A stretch of 64,000 nt of DNA from an uncultured Caldilineales bacterium (lineage in GTDB: Bacteria; Chloroflexota; Anaerolineae; JAAEKA01): assembly GCA_937907455.1 (NCBI GenBank), contig CALESQ010000076.1:68793-132792 (forward strand). The letters are read 5' to 3'. The notes beneath the pieces are model-generated. The model was not told the DNA's origin. It was given only the letters and a program-made list of their open reading frames with translations, and did no database searches. Made by a program: the position numbers and the translations under genes. Of the stretch, positions 43,612-53,254 are shown piece by piece (positions within the stretch are counted from its first letter, which is position 1; the number at the start of each line of letters is the position of its first letter).

Positions 43612-46314
43612 ATGAAGAATCCCCTTTTGTTTGGTCGCCGGGCTGAGTTGGTGCCGGCCTGGGTTAGTGAAAACAATGCAGTTGCCGCTGGCCCCGCGCT
43701 GCCACTGCATAAAACCAGCAGCGGTTCGAACCGCACGGTGCGCGCCGGCCGTCGTCGTCCCACTGGCTCATCGGATGGCCCGCGCGATCGCGCAGAGGCC
43801 CCGCGCCGTGAACGCCCCCCGGCTTCATCCGGCGGCGGCAGCTTTGGTGGCTCTTCGGGCGGCTTCACCAGCGGCTCATCTGGCAGTTCTTCCAGCGGTT
43901 CTGCGGGCGGTGGCGGTCTGGGCAGTTTGCTGGGCGGTTCCGGCGGCTCCTCTGGCGGCTCTTCCGGCGGCGGCCTGGGGATGCCTGGCGGTGGCCGTGG
44001 CGGAATGCGCTTGCCGTTGCCGCTGCTGTTGCTGATCGGTCTGTGCCTGTGTTTGGTGCTGGGCATGGCGGTGGCTGGCGGTGGTCTGGGCAGCCTGCTG
44101 GGGGGCAGCTCTGGCAACAGCGGTAGTTCCAGCGGTGATGCTTTTAGCGGCTTCGATCAGGGCCAAAGTGACCAGTCAGGGTTCGATCAGTCTGCCAGCG
44201 GCAGCGATCAAGGCGGAGCTGTGGCTCCTGCTGCGCCATTGCCCACTGCGCGCCCTGATCTGGCTGCGGGATCGGGCAGTACCCCCGGCCAGAAATGGAC
44301 CATCATGCTGTACCAGGATGCTGATGACAAAATCCTGGAACAGGACATCTACATTGATCTGAATGAAGCTGAGCTGATCGGTTCCACCGACCGCGTGAAC
44401 GTGGTCGCACAAATGGATCGTTATCGCGGTGGTTTCAGCGGCGACGGCGACTGGACCGAAGCGCGGCGTTACTATATCACCCGTGACAACAACCTGAGTC
44501 GCCTGGGTTCGCAACTGGTAGAGAGTCTGGGCGAAGTCAACATGTCGCATCCGCAAACCCTGGTGGATTTTGTCACCTGGGCTATGAAAAACTACCCCGC
44601 GGACAAGTACGTGTTGATCATGTCGGATCACGGCATGGGGTGGCCGGGCGGTTTCAGCGATCCGGCTACCGGTAACGATTCGCAAAGTGTTACCCGTGCC
44701 CCGTTGGGCAATGCGCTGGGCAACCACATGTACCTGAACTTCATCCAGGCGGCATTGGGTGAAATTCAAAAGCAAACCGGCCTGGACAAGTTTGAAATCG
44801 TCGGCATGGATGCCTGTTTGATGGGCCACATCGAGGTGTTGAGTGCTTTGCAGCCCTACGCTCGTTACAGCATCGTGTCGCAGGAGACCGAACCTGCGCT
44901 GGGCTGGGCCTATGCCAGCTTCCTCAATGACTTGGTGCGCAACCCGGATATGAATGGCGCACAGTTGGGGCAGGCAGTGGTACGCAGCTACATTGACGAG
45001 GACCAACGTATTCTCAATGACCAGGCGCGCTCAGAATGGGTGCGCAGTCCGGTATCGGCTCGTCAGTTGACTAGCCAGCTCTCTCAGAACATCACCCTGA
45101 CTGCGGCGGATCTGGCAGCCGTGCCCGCCTTGAACGACAGCCTGAACAATTTACTGTATCAGATGCAGCAGGAAGACCAGCGCAATGTGGCCAAGGCCCG
45201 CACCTATGCCCAGTCGTTCACCAGCATCTTTGGCAACAGCGTGCCCCCATCCTACATTGACCTGGCAAACTTTGTGGGGCTGATCAAGCAAGCCAGCAAC
45301 AGCCAGGCCATTGACCAGGCGGCTGATGGCGTGTTGGCCGCGCTGAGCCGGGTGATTGTGGCCGAAAAGAACGGCGCAGGCAAGCCGGGCGCTAATGGCG
45401 TATCCATTTACTTCCCGAACTCGCAGCTTTTCCAGAACCCGGCCACCGGCTTGCAGTCTTACACGGTGGTAGCCGATGCGTTCGCCACAAAATCGTTGTG
45501 GGACGATTATCTGGCTTTCCATTACACCGGTCGTACCTTTCAGGCTGCTGCGGCGCAGGCCGTTGTGCCTGATGCCACGGCTGCGCTGCGCACTCCGGGT
45601 GCGGGCATCAACATTGCCATCGGCCCCATCGAGCAGTCCAGCGACACCGCGGCCCCCGGCTCGCCGGTACTCTTCACCACCGAGGTGAGCGGCGACAACA
45701 TCGGCTACATCACCTTCTTCGTGGGCTACTACGATCAGGCTAACAACGCCATCTTTGTGGCCGATCAGGATTACCTGGAAAGCTCTGGCACGCAGCAGAT
45801 CAATGGCGTCTATTACCCCGATTGGGGTGCGACACCGTTTACCCTGGAATTTGAATGGGAACCGCTGATGTTTGCCATCAGCGACGGTAAAACCGATGCC
45901 CTGGCCGCGTTGATGCCGGAAAGCTATGGCCGCCGCGGTGAAGATGCCATCTATACAGTGGACGGCGTGTACACGTTCAGCGACGGCGAGCGGCGTGATG
46001 CCCGTATGTACTTCCAAAACGGTGTGATGACCCAGGTGTTCGGCTTTACGCCGAATATCAGCAGCGGCGCACCCGCGCAGATCAGCCCGCAAGCCGGTGA
46101 CACCTTCACCGTGCAGCAGAAATGGTTGGACCTGGACGCGCAGGGCAAGGTCACTGCTACCAGCACGCAACTGGCCGAAACGCTGACCTTTAGTAATCAG
46201 CCCTTCACCTGGAAGGAACTCGACGCCGCTGCCGGTAACTATATCTTTGGCTTCACGGTTGAGGATATGGACGGCAATGAAACCTCAGCGTTTGCTCAGG
46301 TAGCGGTGGAGTAA
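43612..46314 (+). CDS. clostripain-like cysteine peptidase (family C11) with a Gly/Ser-rich N-terminal region and a TM anchor
   Basis: WTIMLYQDADD, LIMSDHGMGWPG (catalytic His) and VGMDACLMG (catalytic Cys). The first ~190 aa are low-complexity G/S/R sequence plus one TM segment. Confidence 0.7.
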   Translation: MKNPLLFGRRAELVPAWVSENNAVAAGPALPLHKTSSGSNRTVRAGRRRPTGSSDGPRDRAEAPRRERPPASSGGGSFGGSSGGFTSGSSGSSSSGSAGGGGLGSLLGGSGGSSGGSSGGGLGMPGGGRGGMRLPLPLLLLIGLCLCLVLGMAVAGGGLGSLLGGSSGNSGSSSGDAFSGFDQGQSDQSGFDQSASGSDQGGAVAPAAPLPTARPDLAAGSGSTPGQKWTIMLYQDADDKILEQDIYIDLNEAELIGSTDRVNVVAQMDRYRGGFSGDGDWTEARRYYITRDNNLSRLGSQLVESLGEVNMSHPQTLVDFVTWAMKNYPADKYVLIMSDHGMGWPGGFSDPATGNDSQSVTRAPLGNALGNHMYLNFIQAALGEIQKQTGLDKFEIVGMDACLMGHIEVLSALQPYARYSIVSQETEPALGWAYASFLNDLVRNPDMNGAQLGQAVVRSYIDEDQRILNDQARSEWVRSPVSARQLTSQLSQNITLTAADLAAVPALNDSLNNLLYQMQQEDQRNVAKARTYAQSFTSIFGNSVPPSYIDLANFVGLIKQASNSQAIDQAADGVLAALSRVIVAEKNGAGKPGANGVSIYFPNSQLFQNPATGLQSYTVVADAFATKSLWDDYLAFHYTGRTFQAAAAQAVVPDATAALRTPGAGINIAIGPIEQSSDTAAPGSPVLFTTEVSGDNIGYITFFVGYYDQANNAIFVADQDYLESSGTQQINGVYYPDWGATPFTLEFEWEPLMFAISDGKTDALAALMPESYGRRGEDAIYTVDGVYTFSDGERRDARMYFQNGVMTQVFGFTPNISSGAPAQISPQAGDTFTVQQKWLDLDAQGKVTATSTQLAETLTFSNQPFTWKELDAAAGNYIFGFTVEDMDGNETSAFAQVAVE

Positions 46315-46317
46315 GAA

Positions 46318-46403
46318 CAGCAAAGCGAGCTTTGCAATTCCAAAGCGGAGTTGCAAAGCTCGCTTTGCGATTCCAAGTGGGAGGTGCGAAGCTCGCTTTG
46401 TCG
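46318..46403. repeat. perfect 18-bp stem hairpin plus a ~31-bp direct repeat between convergent genes
   Basis: GCAAAGCGAGCTTTGCAA (46320..46337) pairs with TTGCAAAGCTCGCTTTGC (46351..46368). The right arm and its 5' flank are repeated directly as GATTCCAAGTGGGAGGTGCGAAGCTCGCTTTG. Confidence 0.75.
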
Positions 46404-48773
46404 TTACATTCCCTGTAACAGCATGGTTAAAATCAGGCGGGCAGCGGCCTTGTCTAGCGGCTGGTTGTTGTTGCCGCATTTAGGACTTTGAATACAGCTT
46501 GGGCAGCCATCCTCGCACGGACAGGTGGCGATCACATCGTGAGCCGCGCGCCACAGCGCGGGCAACTCGGCAAAGCCGCGTTCGGCAATACCAACACCGC
46601 CGGGGAATCCATCGTAGATGAAGATCTGGGCCAGATCGGTGTCAGCGTGGCGTGGGGTACTCAGCCCGCCGATATCCCAACGGTCGCACATGGCAAAAAG
46701 CGGCAGCAATCCAATGCAGGCATGCTCGGCTGCATGGATGCCCCCCAGGAAATCCAGCCCGCGCCGCGCGCAGGCCGCGGCGATTTCGGGAGCCACGTCC
46801 CACCACAAGGCAGCGGTCTCGAAAGTGCTTTGCGGCAGTTGCAGCATCTCCTCGCCTAACACCTCATCTGAGTAGTGACGCAGGCGACGGTAGCCGACTA
46901 CTTGCGAGGTAGTGCGCACCGCCCCGAAATAGGCATAGCCACCGGGGATGGGACGATGACGCAACGAACGGATGATGCGCACATCGCTCCACTCGCGCGC
47001 CGTGGTATAGTAGTCGGTTTCCACCGGACGCAACTGAGCAAAGCCGATGTCGTCGTCGTAATGTGTCACCAGATAGCTTTCGCCCTGGTGCAGGTAGATG
47101 GCCCCCGGATGCACGCGCTGCGGCGCACTGCTGCTTTCAATTTCTTCCAACACGCGGTTGGCGCGGGCTTCATCCAACAGGGCAAAGCGTCGGCCACCTG
47201 CCGAACGCAGGCTTACCTGCTCGGCGGGGTGCTGCGACGGCCCCTGATAGACCCAACGATCGCCGCGAAATTCCAACACATTTTGCTGCTCCAGTTGCAA
47301 CATAGCGGGCACGAAGCCGGGGCCAAACAGGGCTTCGTCGTCGAAGTGGCCCGGCGTGGCCGCGGTGCTGAGAGGTACCTCAACCGCGGCGCAAGGCAGG
47401 TGACGCGCCAACACGTAGAGATTGTCGGGGGCAATCAGGGCATGTTCGTGGGGGCGGCCAAACAGGTCAGCAGGGTGACGCATGAAGTATTGGTCCAGGG
47501 GATTGTCCTGGGCCACCAGCACGGCCAGTGAAGGTTCACTGCTGCGCCCGGCGCGCCCGGCCTGCTGCCAGAGGCTGGCAATGGTGCCGGGATAGCCCAC
47601 CAGCACCGCGGCATCCAGCCCGCCCACATCAATGCCCAGTTCCAGGGCGTTGGTGGCGGTAACGCCGATCAGCTTGCCGCTGAACAGGTCAGCCTCGATT
47701 TGGCGGCGCTGCTCCGGTGTGTAGCCGGCACGGTAGGCGGCCACGCGGTCGCTTAGGGTCTGACTTTGTGGCGAGGCTGGGGCAGCACGGCCGCGGGGAG
47801 TTTTGCTCAGCTCGGCGCGGGCATAGCGCAGTATCAACTCGGCCACCTTGCGGGCACGTGTGAAGACAATGGTGCGCGTTTGGTTTTCTATCAGCGTGGT
47901 GAAGAGCGTGGTGGCCTCGCTGTTGGCGCTGCGCCGTGCTGTTTTTGCCTTGTCGAGAAAGGGCGGGTTCCACAGCGCGAAGGTGCGTGGCCCTGCCGGG
48001 CTGCCATCCTCATCTATTACCTGAGCATCCAGCCCGGTGAGCGCGGCAAAATGCTGGCCGGGGTTGGCAATGGTGGCGCTGGCGGCAATGAAGATCGGTT
48101 CGCTGCCATAGAGCGCAGCTACACGCCGCAGCCGACGCAACACACAGGCCACTTGAGACCCAAACACGCCGCGATAGGTATGCGCCTCATCTACCACTAT
48201 GTAGCGCAGGTTGTGAAAGAAACTGGCCCACAGCGTGTGGTTGGGCAAAATACCCACATGCAGCATGTCGGGGTTGGTGAGGATGATTTGCCCCTGCTGA
48301 CGCAGCTTGCTGCGGCGGCTTTGTGGTGTATCGCCGTCATACGAGCCGGCTGTCACCGGCAGCGCGGCAGGTTTGCGATTGCGGGCATCAGCCACGGTGC
48401 AGCCCAGCTCACCCAGACTGCGCAGTTGATCTTGAGCCAGCGCCTTGGTGGGGAACAGGTACAGGGCGCGGGCGGTGGGCTGTTGCAGGATGGCTTGCAA
48501 AACCGGCAGGTTGTAGGCCAGTGTTTTGCCGCTGGCGGTGCTGGTGACCAACACGACATGCCGTCCGGCCAGTGCCGCCTTGATTGCCTCGGCCTGATGC
48601 GCGTAGAGTCGTTCGATTCCCTGCGCGTGAAGCTGATCGCGCAGGGGGCGCGGCAAGGCGCGGCCCAACGCGGCGTAGCGCGCGCTGCGCCGCGGCATCT
48701 GCTCCAGGTGAATAAGCTGCCCCTGGTAAAAGGGCTGGCGTTTAAGGCGTTGCAGAAAGGCTTGAACATCCAT
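46404..48773 (-). CDS. DEAD/DEAH-box helicase with a C-terminal DUF1998 zinc domain (MrfA/YprA-like)
   Basis: TSTASGKT Walker A, VVDEAH, the helicase C domain, and a C-terminal CPCEDGCPSCIQSPKCGNNN Cys4 motif. Start trimmed to MDVQAFLQRL at 48773. Confidence 0.85.
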   Translation of the reverse strand: MDVQAFLQRLKRQPFYQGQLIHLEQMPRRSARYAALGRALPRPLRDQLHAQGIERLYAHQAEAIKAALAGRHVVLVTSTASGKTLAYNLPVLQAILQQPTARALYLFPTKALAQDQLRSLGELGCTVADARNRKPAALPVTAGSYDGDTPQSRRSKLRQQGQIILTNPDMLHVGILPNHTLWASFFHNLRYIVVDEAHTYRGVFGSQVACVLRRLRRVAALYGSEPIFIAASATIANPGQHFAALTGLDAQVIDEDGSPAGPRTFALWNPPFLDKAKTARRSANSEATTLFTTLIENQTRTIVFTRARKVAELILRYARAELSKTPRGRAAPASPQSQTLSDRVAAYRAGYTPEQRRQIEADLFSGKLIGVTATNALELGIDVGGLDAAVLVGYPGTIASLWQQAGRAGRSSEPSLAVLVAQDNPLDQYFMRHPADLFGRPHEHALIAPDNLYVLARHLPCAAVEVPLSTAATPGHFDDEALFGPGFVPAMLQLEQQNVLEFRGDRWVYQGPSQHPAEQVSLRSAGGRRFALLDEARANRVLEEIESSSAPQRVHPGAIYLHQGESYLVTHYDDDIGFAQLRPVETDYYTTAREWSDVRIIRSLRHRPIPGGYAYFGAVRTTSQVVGYRRLRHYSDEVLGEEMLQLPQSTFETAALWWDVAPEIAAACARRGLDFLGGIHAAEHACIGLLPLFAMCDRWDIGGLSTPRHADTDLAQIFIYDGFPGGVGIAERGFAELPALWRAAHDVIATCPCEDGCPSCIQSPKCGNNNQPLDKAAARLILTMLLQGM

Positions 48774-48949
48774 GAGGTGTGGTCGCTGCCGGGTGATGGT
48801 GCTGCGCTGAATTGTACGGGCAGACGTGGCGGGTGTCAAGCAAGTGGACTTGTGTGGCTGGATCGGATATAATGCGGCTGTGGAGATTTTTAGCCGGGCA
48901 GGGCCGAGGGTTTGTCTTGCTCCACTCAGGAAAGGGCGAAGGAACTGAT

Positions 48950-49678
48950 ATGGAAACCAATGACTTGTATCCCCTGCCGCAGGGGGAGGATCTGCCAGCG
49001 GAGGTGGTGCCGACGGTGCTGCCTGAGAGCGGGGAGAGCCTCGCTGCGCTGCCCCCTGGGCACGCTTGGCCACCTAAACCCTGGCTAACGATCTGGACGG
49101 CACCGCGCAGTACCATACGGGCCATCCTTAACGCGGATCCAAAACGCTATGTGCTGGCGCTGGCGGCCCTTAGCGGCATCCTCAATTCGCTGAATCAGGC
49201 ATCCTCGCGCAGTGTGGGTGATAGCCTGCCGCTTTGGGCGATCTTTTTGCTGGCGCTGATCCTCGGTCCCCTTGTCGGCATAATCAACCTGTATATCAGC
49301 GGTTTTATTTTGGACCTGTCCGCGCGTGCCTTTAAAGGCAGTGGTGATAGTGAACGGACGCGCACAGCCCTGGCGTGGGCCTCTATCCCGGCAATAGCCT
49401 CCCTGGTGTTGTGGCTGTTTGAACTGCTGCTTTACGGTGGAGATATGTTTACCACTATCGCACCGCGCCTTGAGAATAACCCGTTGCTGCTGCTTTTTCC
49501 TATAGTCGAATTTGTGTTAGCTGTGTGGGCCTTTTTCCTGCTGGTAAAGACGTTTGCCGAGGTGCAGCGTTTTTCTGCCTGGCGCAGTCTGGCGGCAATT
49601 TTACTCCCTGCCTTGATTGTGTTTGTGTTGTTGTTTGCCTGCCTGGTGGTCGTTATCGGCCTGAGAATTTCCCCCTGA
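48950..49678 (+). CDS. Yip1-domain-like membrane protein
   Basis: Soluble N-terminus, then 5 TM segments (IWTAPRSTIRAILNADPKRYVLALAALSGI...). ATG at 48950 with AAGGGCGAAGGA upstream. Confidence 0.5.
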   Translation: METNDLYPLPQGEDLPAEVVPTVLPESGESLAALPPGHAWPPKPWLTIWTAPRSTIRAILNADPKRYVLALAALSGILNSLNQASSRSVGDSLPLWAIFLLALILGPLVGIINLYISGFILDLSARAFKGSGDSERTRTALAWASIPAIASLVLWLFELLLYGGDMFTTIAPRLENNPLLLLFPIVEFVLAVWAFFLLVKTFAEVQRFSAWRSLAAILLPALIVFVLLFACLVVVIGLRISP

Positions 49679-49696
49679 GCTGTGTTGCTGCACAGT

Positions 49697-49736
49697 ACAG
49701 ACCGGTTGAACTTGCTTCAGCCGGTCTGTTTTTTTG
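49697..49736 (+). terminator. rho-independent terminator
   Basis: ACAGACCGG...CCGGTCTGT followed by a T7 run. The 3' tail resembles the terminator at 20756. Confidence 0.85.
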
Positions 49737-49833
49737 TTTTCAGACCCCCGTTAAAAACTTTATACTGTAACTTGACAATAACCCCTTGCAAAAAGAGGGG
49801 AAACTCAGTACAATAGACCAATGCCCTGAAATG

Positions 49834-49852
49834 CAAGAGCCGATAGCTCTTG
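49834..49852 (-). terminator. hairpin downstream of rpmB
   Basis: CAAGAGC-CGATA-GCTCTTG lies 15 nt after the rpmB stop. The U-tract is weak. Confidence 0.4.
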
Positions 49853-49866
49853 GCTACCGGCTCCGC

Positions 49867-50049
49867 TTATTGGGCCTTGTTGAGGGTCTTGAGGCACTTG
49901 GTGCACACTGCCACGCTCTGCTGCTTGCCATCCACCATCAGGCGTGCTCGCTGAATGTTGATGTTCCAGCGGCGGTTGGTGTGGCGCATTGAGTGGCTGA
50001 CATTGTGCCCGAACTGAGGGCCACGACCACAAACTTTGCACTTGGACAT
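49867..50049 (-). CDS. rpmB: 50S ribosomal protein L28 (Cys4 zinc-ribbon form)
   Basis: MSKCKVCGRGPQFGHNVSHSMRHTNRRWNINIQ is a canonical L28 sequence. Confidence 0.9.
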   Translation of the reverse strand: MSKCKVCGRGPQFGHNVSHSMRHTNRRWNINIQRARLMVDGKQQSVAVCTKCLKTLNKAQ

Positions 50050-50174
50050 TGAAATACCTCGTTAGCAAATGAAAACCCCGGAGCTTGACGCCTCGGGGTA
50101 TGATCCCGGCATGAACAAGGGCTATCTTAACACAGCCCGTCTTAATCTGCAAACTCTGGTGTGGACATCACACA

Positions 50175-50546
50175 ATGACTCTACGCGCAAATCAATTCGG
50201 ACGTATTCAGGTTTCCCAGGCTGCCATCACGGCGCTGGCAGCGGACGCTGTTAAGCAAAGCTACGGCGTGGTGGGCATGAGCAGCCGCAACCGGTTGGAT
50301 GAGTTGACCGGCCCGCTGCAACGCGCCCATCAGCGCGGGGTGGAAATCCGTGAAGAGGCTGATGGCCTGGTGGTGGACTTGTATATTATTGTAGAATACG
50401 GCATCCGCATCAGCGAAGTAGCTTCCGGCGTGATGCGCCGCGTTTACTACACGCTGAAGGAAAGCGCGGGTTTGCCGGTTCAGGCTGTCAACGTTCACGT
50501 TCAAGGCTTACGCGTTAACGATTCCGGTTCAGCAAAGCCTCATTGA
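50175..50546 (+). CDS. Asp23/Gls24-family envelope stress protein
   Basis: I.VS..AI..LA..AV...YGVVGM motif. Conserved position upstream of yloV, as in Firmicutes. Confidence 0.85.
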   Translation: MTLRANQFGRIQVSQAAITALAADAVKQSYGVVGMSSRNRLDELTGPLQRAHQRGVEIREEADGLVVDLYIIVEYGIRISEVASGVMRRVYYTLKESAGLPVQAVNVHVQGLRVNDSGSAKPH

Positions 50547-52372
50547 GACCCTTTGGGTTTCTTTCTATTCCAGCATCACGAGAAAAAGCATTGAGCAGCA
50601 AAGCACCATTCCGCCTCGACAAGCGCAGCAGCGGCAAACGCGCCCGTAAAACTGTCCTCCCTACCACCGGCTTGCCTGTCTCCGAGGCAAAAAGCCCTAA
50701 ACAGGCTATCAACGGCCATCAGCTCAAGACGATGTTTAGCGCAGGGTATGCCTGGCTGGAAAACCATAAAGAAACTGTCAACGCGCTGAATGTGTTTCCG
50801 GTTCCCGATGGCGACACCGGCACCAACATGTTCCTTACCATGCGCGCCGCGTTTCGCGAAATTGACCACAGCGATGACAGCGATGCCGGTCACATTGCTC
50901 AGGCCATCGCTCAAGGCGCGCTGATGGGCGCCCGTGGCAATTCCGGCGTGATCCTGTCGCAGATTCTGCGCGGCATTGCCCATGCCTTCCGCCAAAAGGC
51001 GCTTGTCAGTGCCTACGACCTGGCGCAGGGGCTGCGCCAGGGTGCAGAAACCGCCTACAAAGGCGTGGTCAAACCGGTGGAGGGCACTATCCTCACCGTG
51101 ATCCGTCAGGCCGCGGATGCTGCCTTGCGTGCCGCCGATGTAGATGACAGCCTGGAATTTGTGCTGGGTCACACCGTGCAGGCCGCAGGTGAGGCCGTGG
51201 AGCAAACCCCGCGCCTGCTGCCGGTGCTGGCCAAGGCTGGCGTGGTAGATTCCGGCGGCAAGGGGCTGTACTATATTCTGGAAGGCATGTATCGCAGTTT
51301 GCGCGGGGAAAGCACCGCTCTATCCGCAGACAAGGCTGCCAGCCCAGCGCCCGCCGCCGATGCCGTGGCGCTCGACCCTCACAACCTGCCGCCTATTCGC
51401 TATGGCTTTGACGTGCAGTTTCTGGTGTGGGGCAACAATCTGGATGTGGCGGCAATTCGCCAGTGGATGATTGATCACGGTGATTTTGCTTTGGTGGAAG
51501 GCAGCAAAACGCTGGTGAAGGTGCATGTGCACGTCTTTGATCCCAGCAAGCCGCTGGCTTATGGCGTGCAGCAGGGCTTTCTCACCGATGTAGTGGTAGA
51601 GAACATGGATGCTATGGCCGCGGCTGGCATGATCCCTGAGGATGTTAAGGATGAGCTAAGCACCGCGCCCACCGCACCGGAACCGGCGGAGCAGGCGGAG
51701 CAGGTGGAGCCGCTGGGAGTGGTAGCGGTGTCGCCTGGCCCTGGTCTTAGCGAGGTGTTTGCCAGCCTGGGCGCTGGCCGGATTATTGCCGGCGGCCAAA
51801 CCATGAATCCCAGCATTCAGGAGATTCTGGAAGCGATTCGCGCCTTGCCCGCCGAGCAGGTACTGGTGCTGCCCAACAATGGCAACGTGGTGATGGCCGC
51901 GCAGGCTGCCGCGGCCGAGGCTGCCCGCACCGGCAAACCCACCCAGGTGATCCCCAGCCGCACCGCGCCGCAAGGCATCAGCGCACTGCTGGCCTTCAAC
52001 CCACAGGCCGACGTGCAGCAGAATGTGGCAGCGATGAATCGCGCGCTGGGGCAGATCCGCACGGGCGAGGTGACCTATGCTGTGCGCGCTGCCGAAATGG
52101 ATGGCGTGGCTGTGCAGGCAGGTGATGTGATTGGTCTGCTGGATGATGTGCTCACCACACGCTCGGACACGCCGCAACAGGTCGTGTTCAACCTGCTGCA
52201 ACAGATGAACGCTGCCACTGCCGAGATCATCACTGTGTACTTCGGCGAGCAAACCAGCGAAGCCGCGGCCGACGAGCTGGGCGCTGCCCTGCGCGCTGCT
52301 TATCCTGATCAGGAAGTTGAAGTGGTGCCGGGTGGGCAGCCACATTACCATTATATTGTATCGGCGGAATAA
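50543..52372 (+). CDS. yloV: DAK2 (DhaL-like) domain fusion protein YloV
   Basis: LNVFPVPDGDTGTNM and GARGNSGVILSQ motifs plus a C-terminal YloV-specific domain. The TTG start overlapping the asp23 stop is uncertain; the true start may be further downstream. Confidence 0.8.
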   Translation: MRPFGFLSIPASREKALSSKAPFRLDKRSSGKRARKTVLPTTGLPVSEAKSPKQAINGHQLKTMFSAGYAWLENHKETVNALNVFPVPDGDTGTNMFLTMRAAFREIDHSDDSDAGHIAQAIAQGALMGARGNSGVILSQILRGIAHAFRQKALVSAYDLAQGLRQGAETAYKGVVKPVEGTILTVIRQAADAALRAADVDDSLEFVLGHTVQAAGEAVEQTPRLLPVLAKAGVVDSGGKGLYYILEGMYRSLRGESTALSADKAASPAPAADAVALDPHNLPPIRYGFDVQFLVWGNNLDVAAIRQWMIDHGDFALVEGSKTLVKVHVHVFDPSKPLAYGVQQGFLTDVVVENMDAMAAAGMIPEDVKDELSTAPTAPEPAEQAEQVEPLGVVAVSPGPGLSEVFASLGAGRIIAGGQTMNPSIQEILEAIRALPAEQVLVLPNNGNVVMAAQAAAAEAARTGKPTQVIPSRTAPQGISALLAFNPQADVQQNVAAMNRALGQIRTGEVTYAVRAAEMDGVAVQAGDVIGLLDDVLTTRSDTPQQVVFNLLQQMNAATAEIITVYFGEQTSEAAADELGAALRAAYPDQEVEVVPGGQPHYHYIVSAE

Positions 52373-52390
52373 TACCGCCAGGAGTATCGT

Positions 52391-53254
52391 GTGACGCGCG
52401 TCGCTGTAGTAACCGATAGCAATGCTTATTTATCTCCGCGCCTGGCGCAACGGCTGAATGTGCATGTATTGCCGCACACCATCCACCTGCCTCAGGGCAC
52501 GTTCCGCGAAGGGGTTGATCTGCTGCCGTCCGACTATTATCGGCTGCTGCAACAGGCCCCCCCTCGCGTCCTGCCGCGGGCATCTGGCCCTTCGGTGGAA
52601 AGCTTTGTCGAGCTGTATGGTCGCCTGCTGAAGCAAACCGATCAAATTGTATCGCTGCATGTTTCCAGCCATCTGAGCAACACCGTGCAAAATGCCCAGG
52701 CTGCGCGCCGCTACTATCTGGGGCGCTGCACCATCGAGGTGATTGACAGCCTGTCGGCCACCGTGGGATTGAGCTACCTGGTGCAAGCTGCTGCCGTTGC
52801 GGCCAATGCGGGGCACAACTTGGAAGAGTGCATTCGCCTGGTGCGTGGCCTGATGCCGCATATCTATTTGTTTTTCCTGGTGAAGCACCTGCCTTATCTG
52901 GAGCGCGAGAACCGCATCAGTCCGGCACAGTCTTTTTTGGGCAGCATGTTGTCTATCATGCCGCTGGTGCAAATTGAAGACGGCGAAATTATCCCGCTGG
53001 AAAAGGTGCGCAACGCACAACAGGGCGTGGACAAGCTGTTTGATTATGTATCGGAGTTCGGTACCCTGAAAAAGGCGGCCCTGCTGCAAAATGGCTTTGC
53101 CAAAGAAGAACAAGTTCTGCTGGAGCGGCTGCAGGTAGCCTATCCCGGGCAAAACTTCAATCTGTTAACCTGCAATCCTTCGCTGGCCGTGCATCTTGGC
53201 CCTGATGCCATGGGTGTGGTGGTGCTGGAAGAGATCAATCAGGGGGCCGTGTGA
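52391..53254 (+). CDS. DegV-family fatty-acid-binding protein
   Basis: VAVVTDSNAYLSP N-terminus, SSHLSNTVQNA, and the length fit the DegV family. Confidence 0.85.
   Translation: MTRVAVVTDSNAYLSPRLAQRLNVHVLPHTIHLPQGTFREGVDLLPSDYYRLLQQAPPRVLPRASGPSVESFVELYGRLLKQTDQIVSLHVSSHLSNTVQNAQAARRYYLGRCTIEVIDSLSATVGLSYLVQAAAVAANAGHNLEECIRLVRGLMPHIYLFFLVKHLPYLERENRISPAQSFLGSMLSIMPLVQIEDGEIIPLEKVRNAQQGVDKLFDYVSEFGTLKKAALLQNGFAKEEQVLLERLQVAYPGQNFNLLTCNPSLAVHLGPDAMGVVVLEEINQGAV

Noticed and set aside
43386-44117. 243-aa Pro-rich ORF on the minus strand.
   Set aside because: It is antisense to the Gly/Ser-rich N-terminus of the C11 peptidase and is a compositional artefact.
42486-49678. SRAP peptidase, C11 peptidase, DUF1998 helicase and Yip1 as a possible defence or repair island.
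   Set aside because: The genes lie on different strands with their own promoters and terminators. There are no nuclease, methylase, ATPase-effector or mobile-element hallmarks. Each has a well-known stand-alone family role, so the grouping is probably coincidental.
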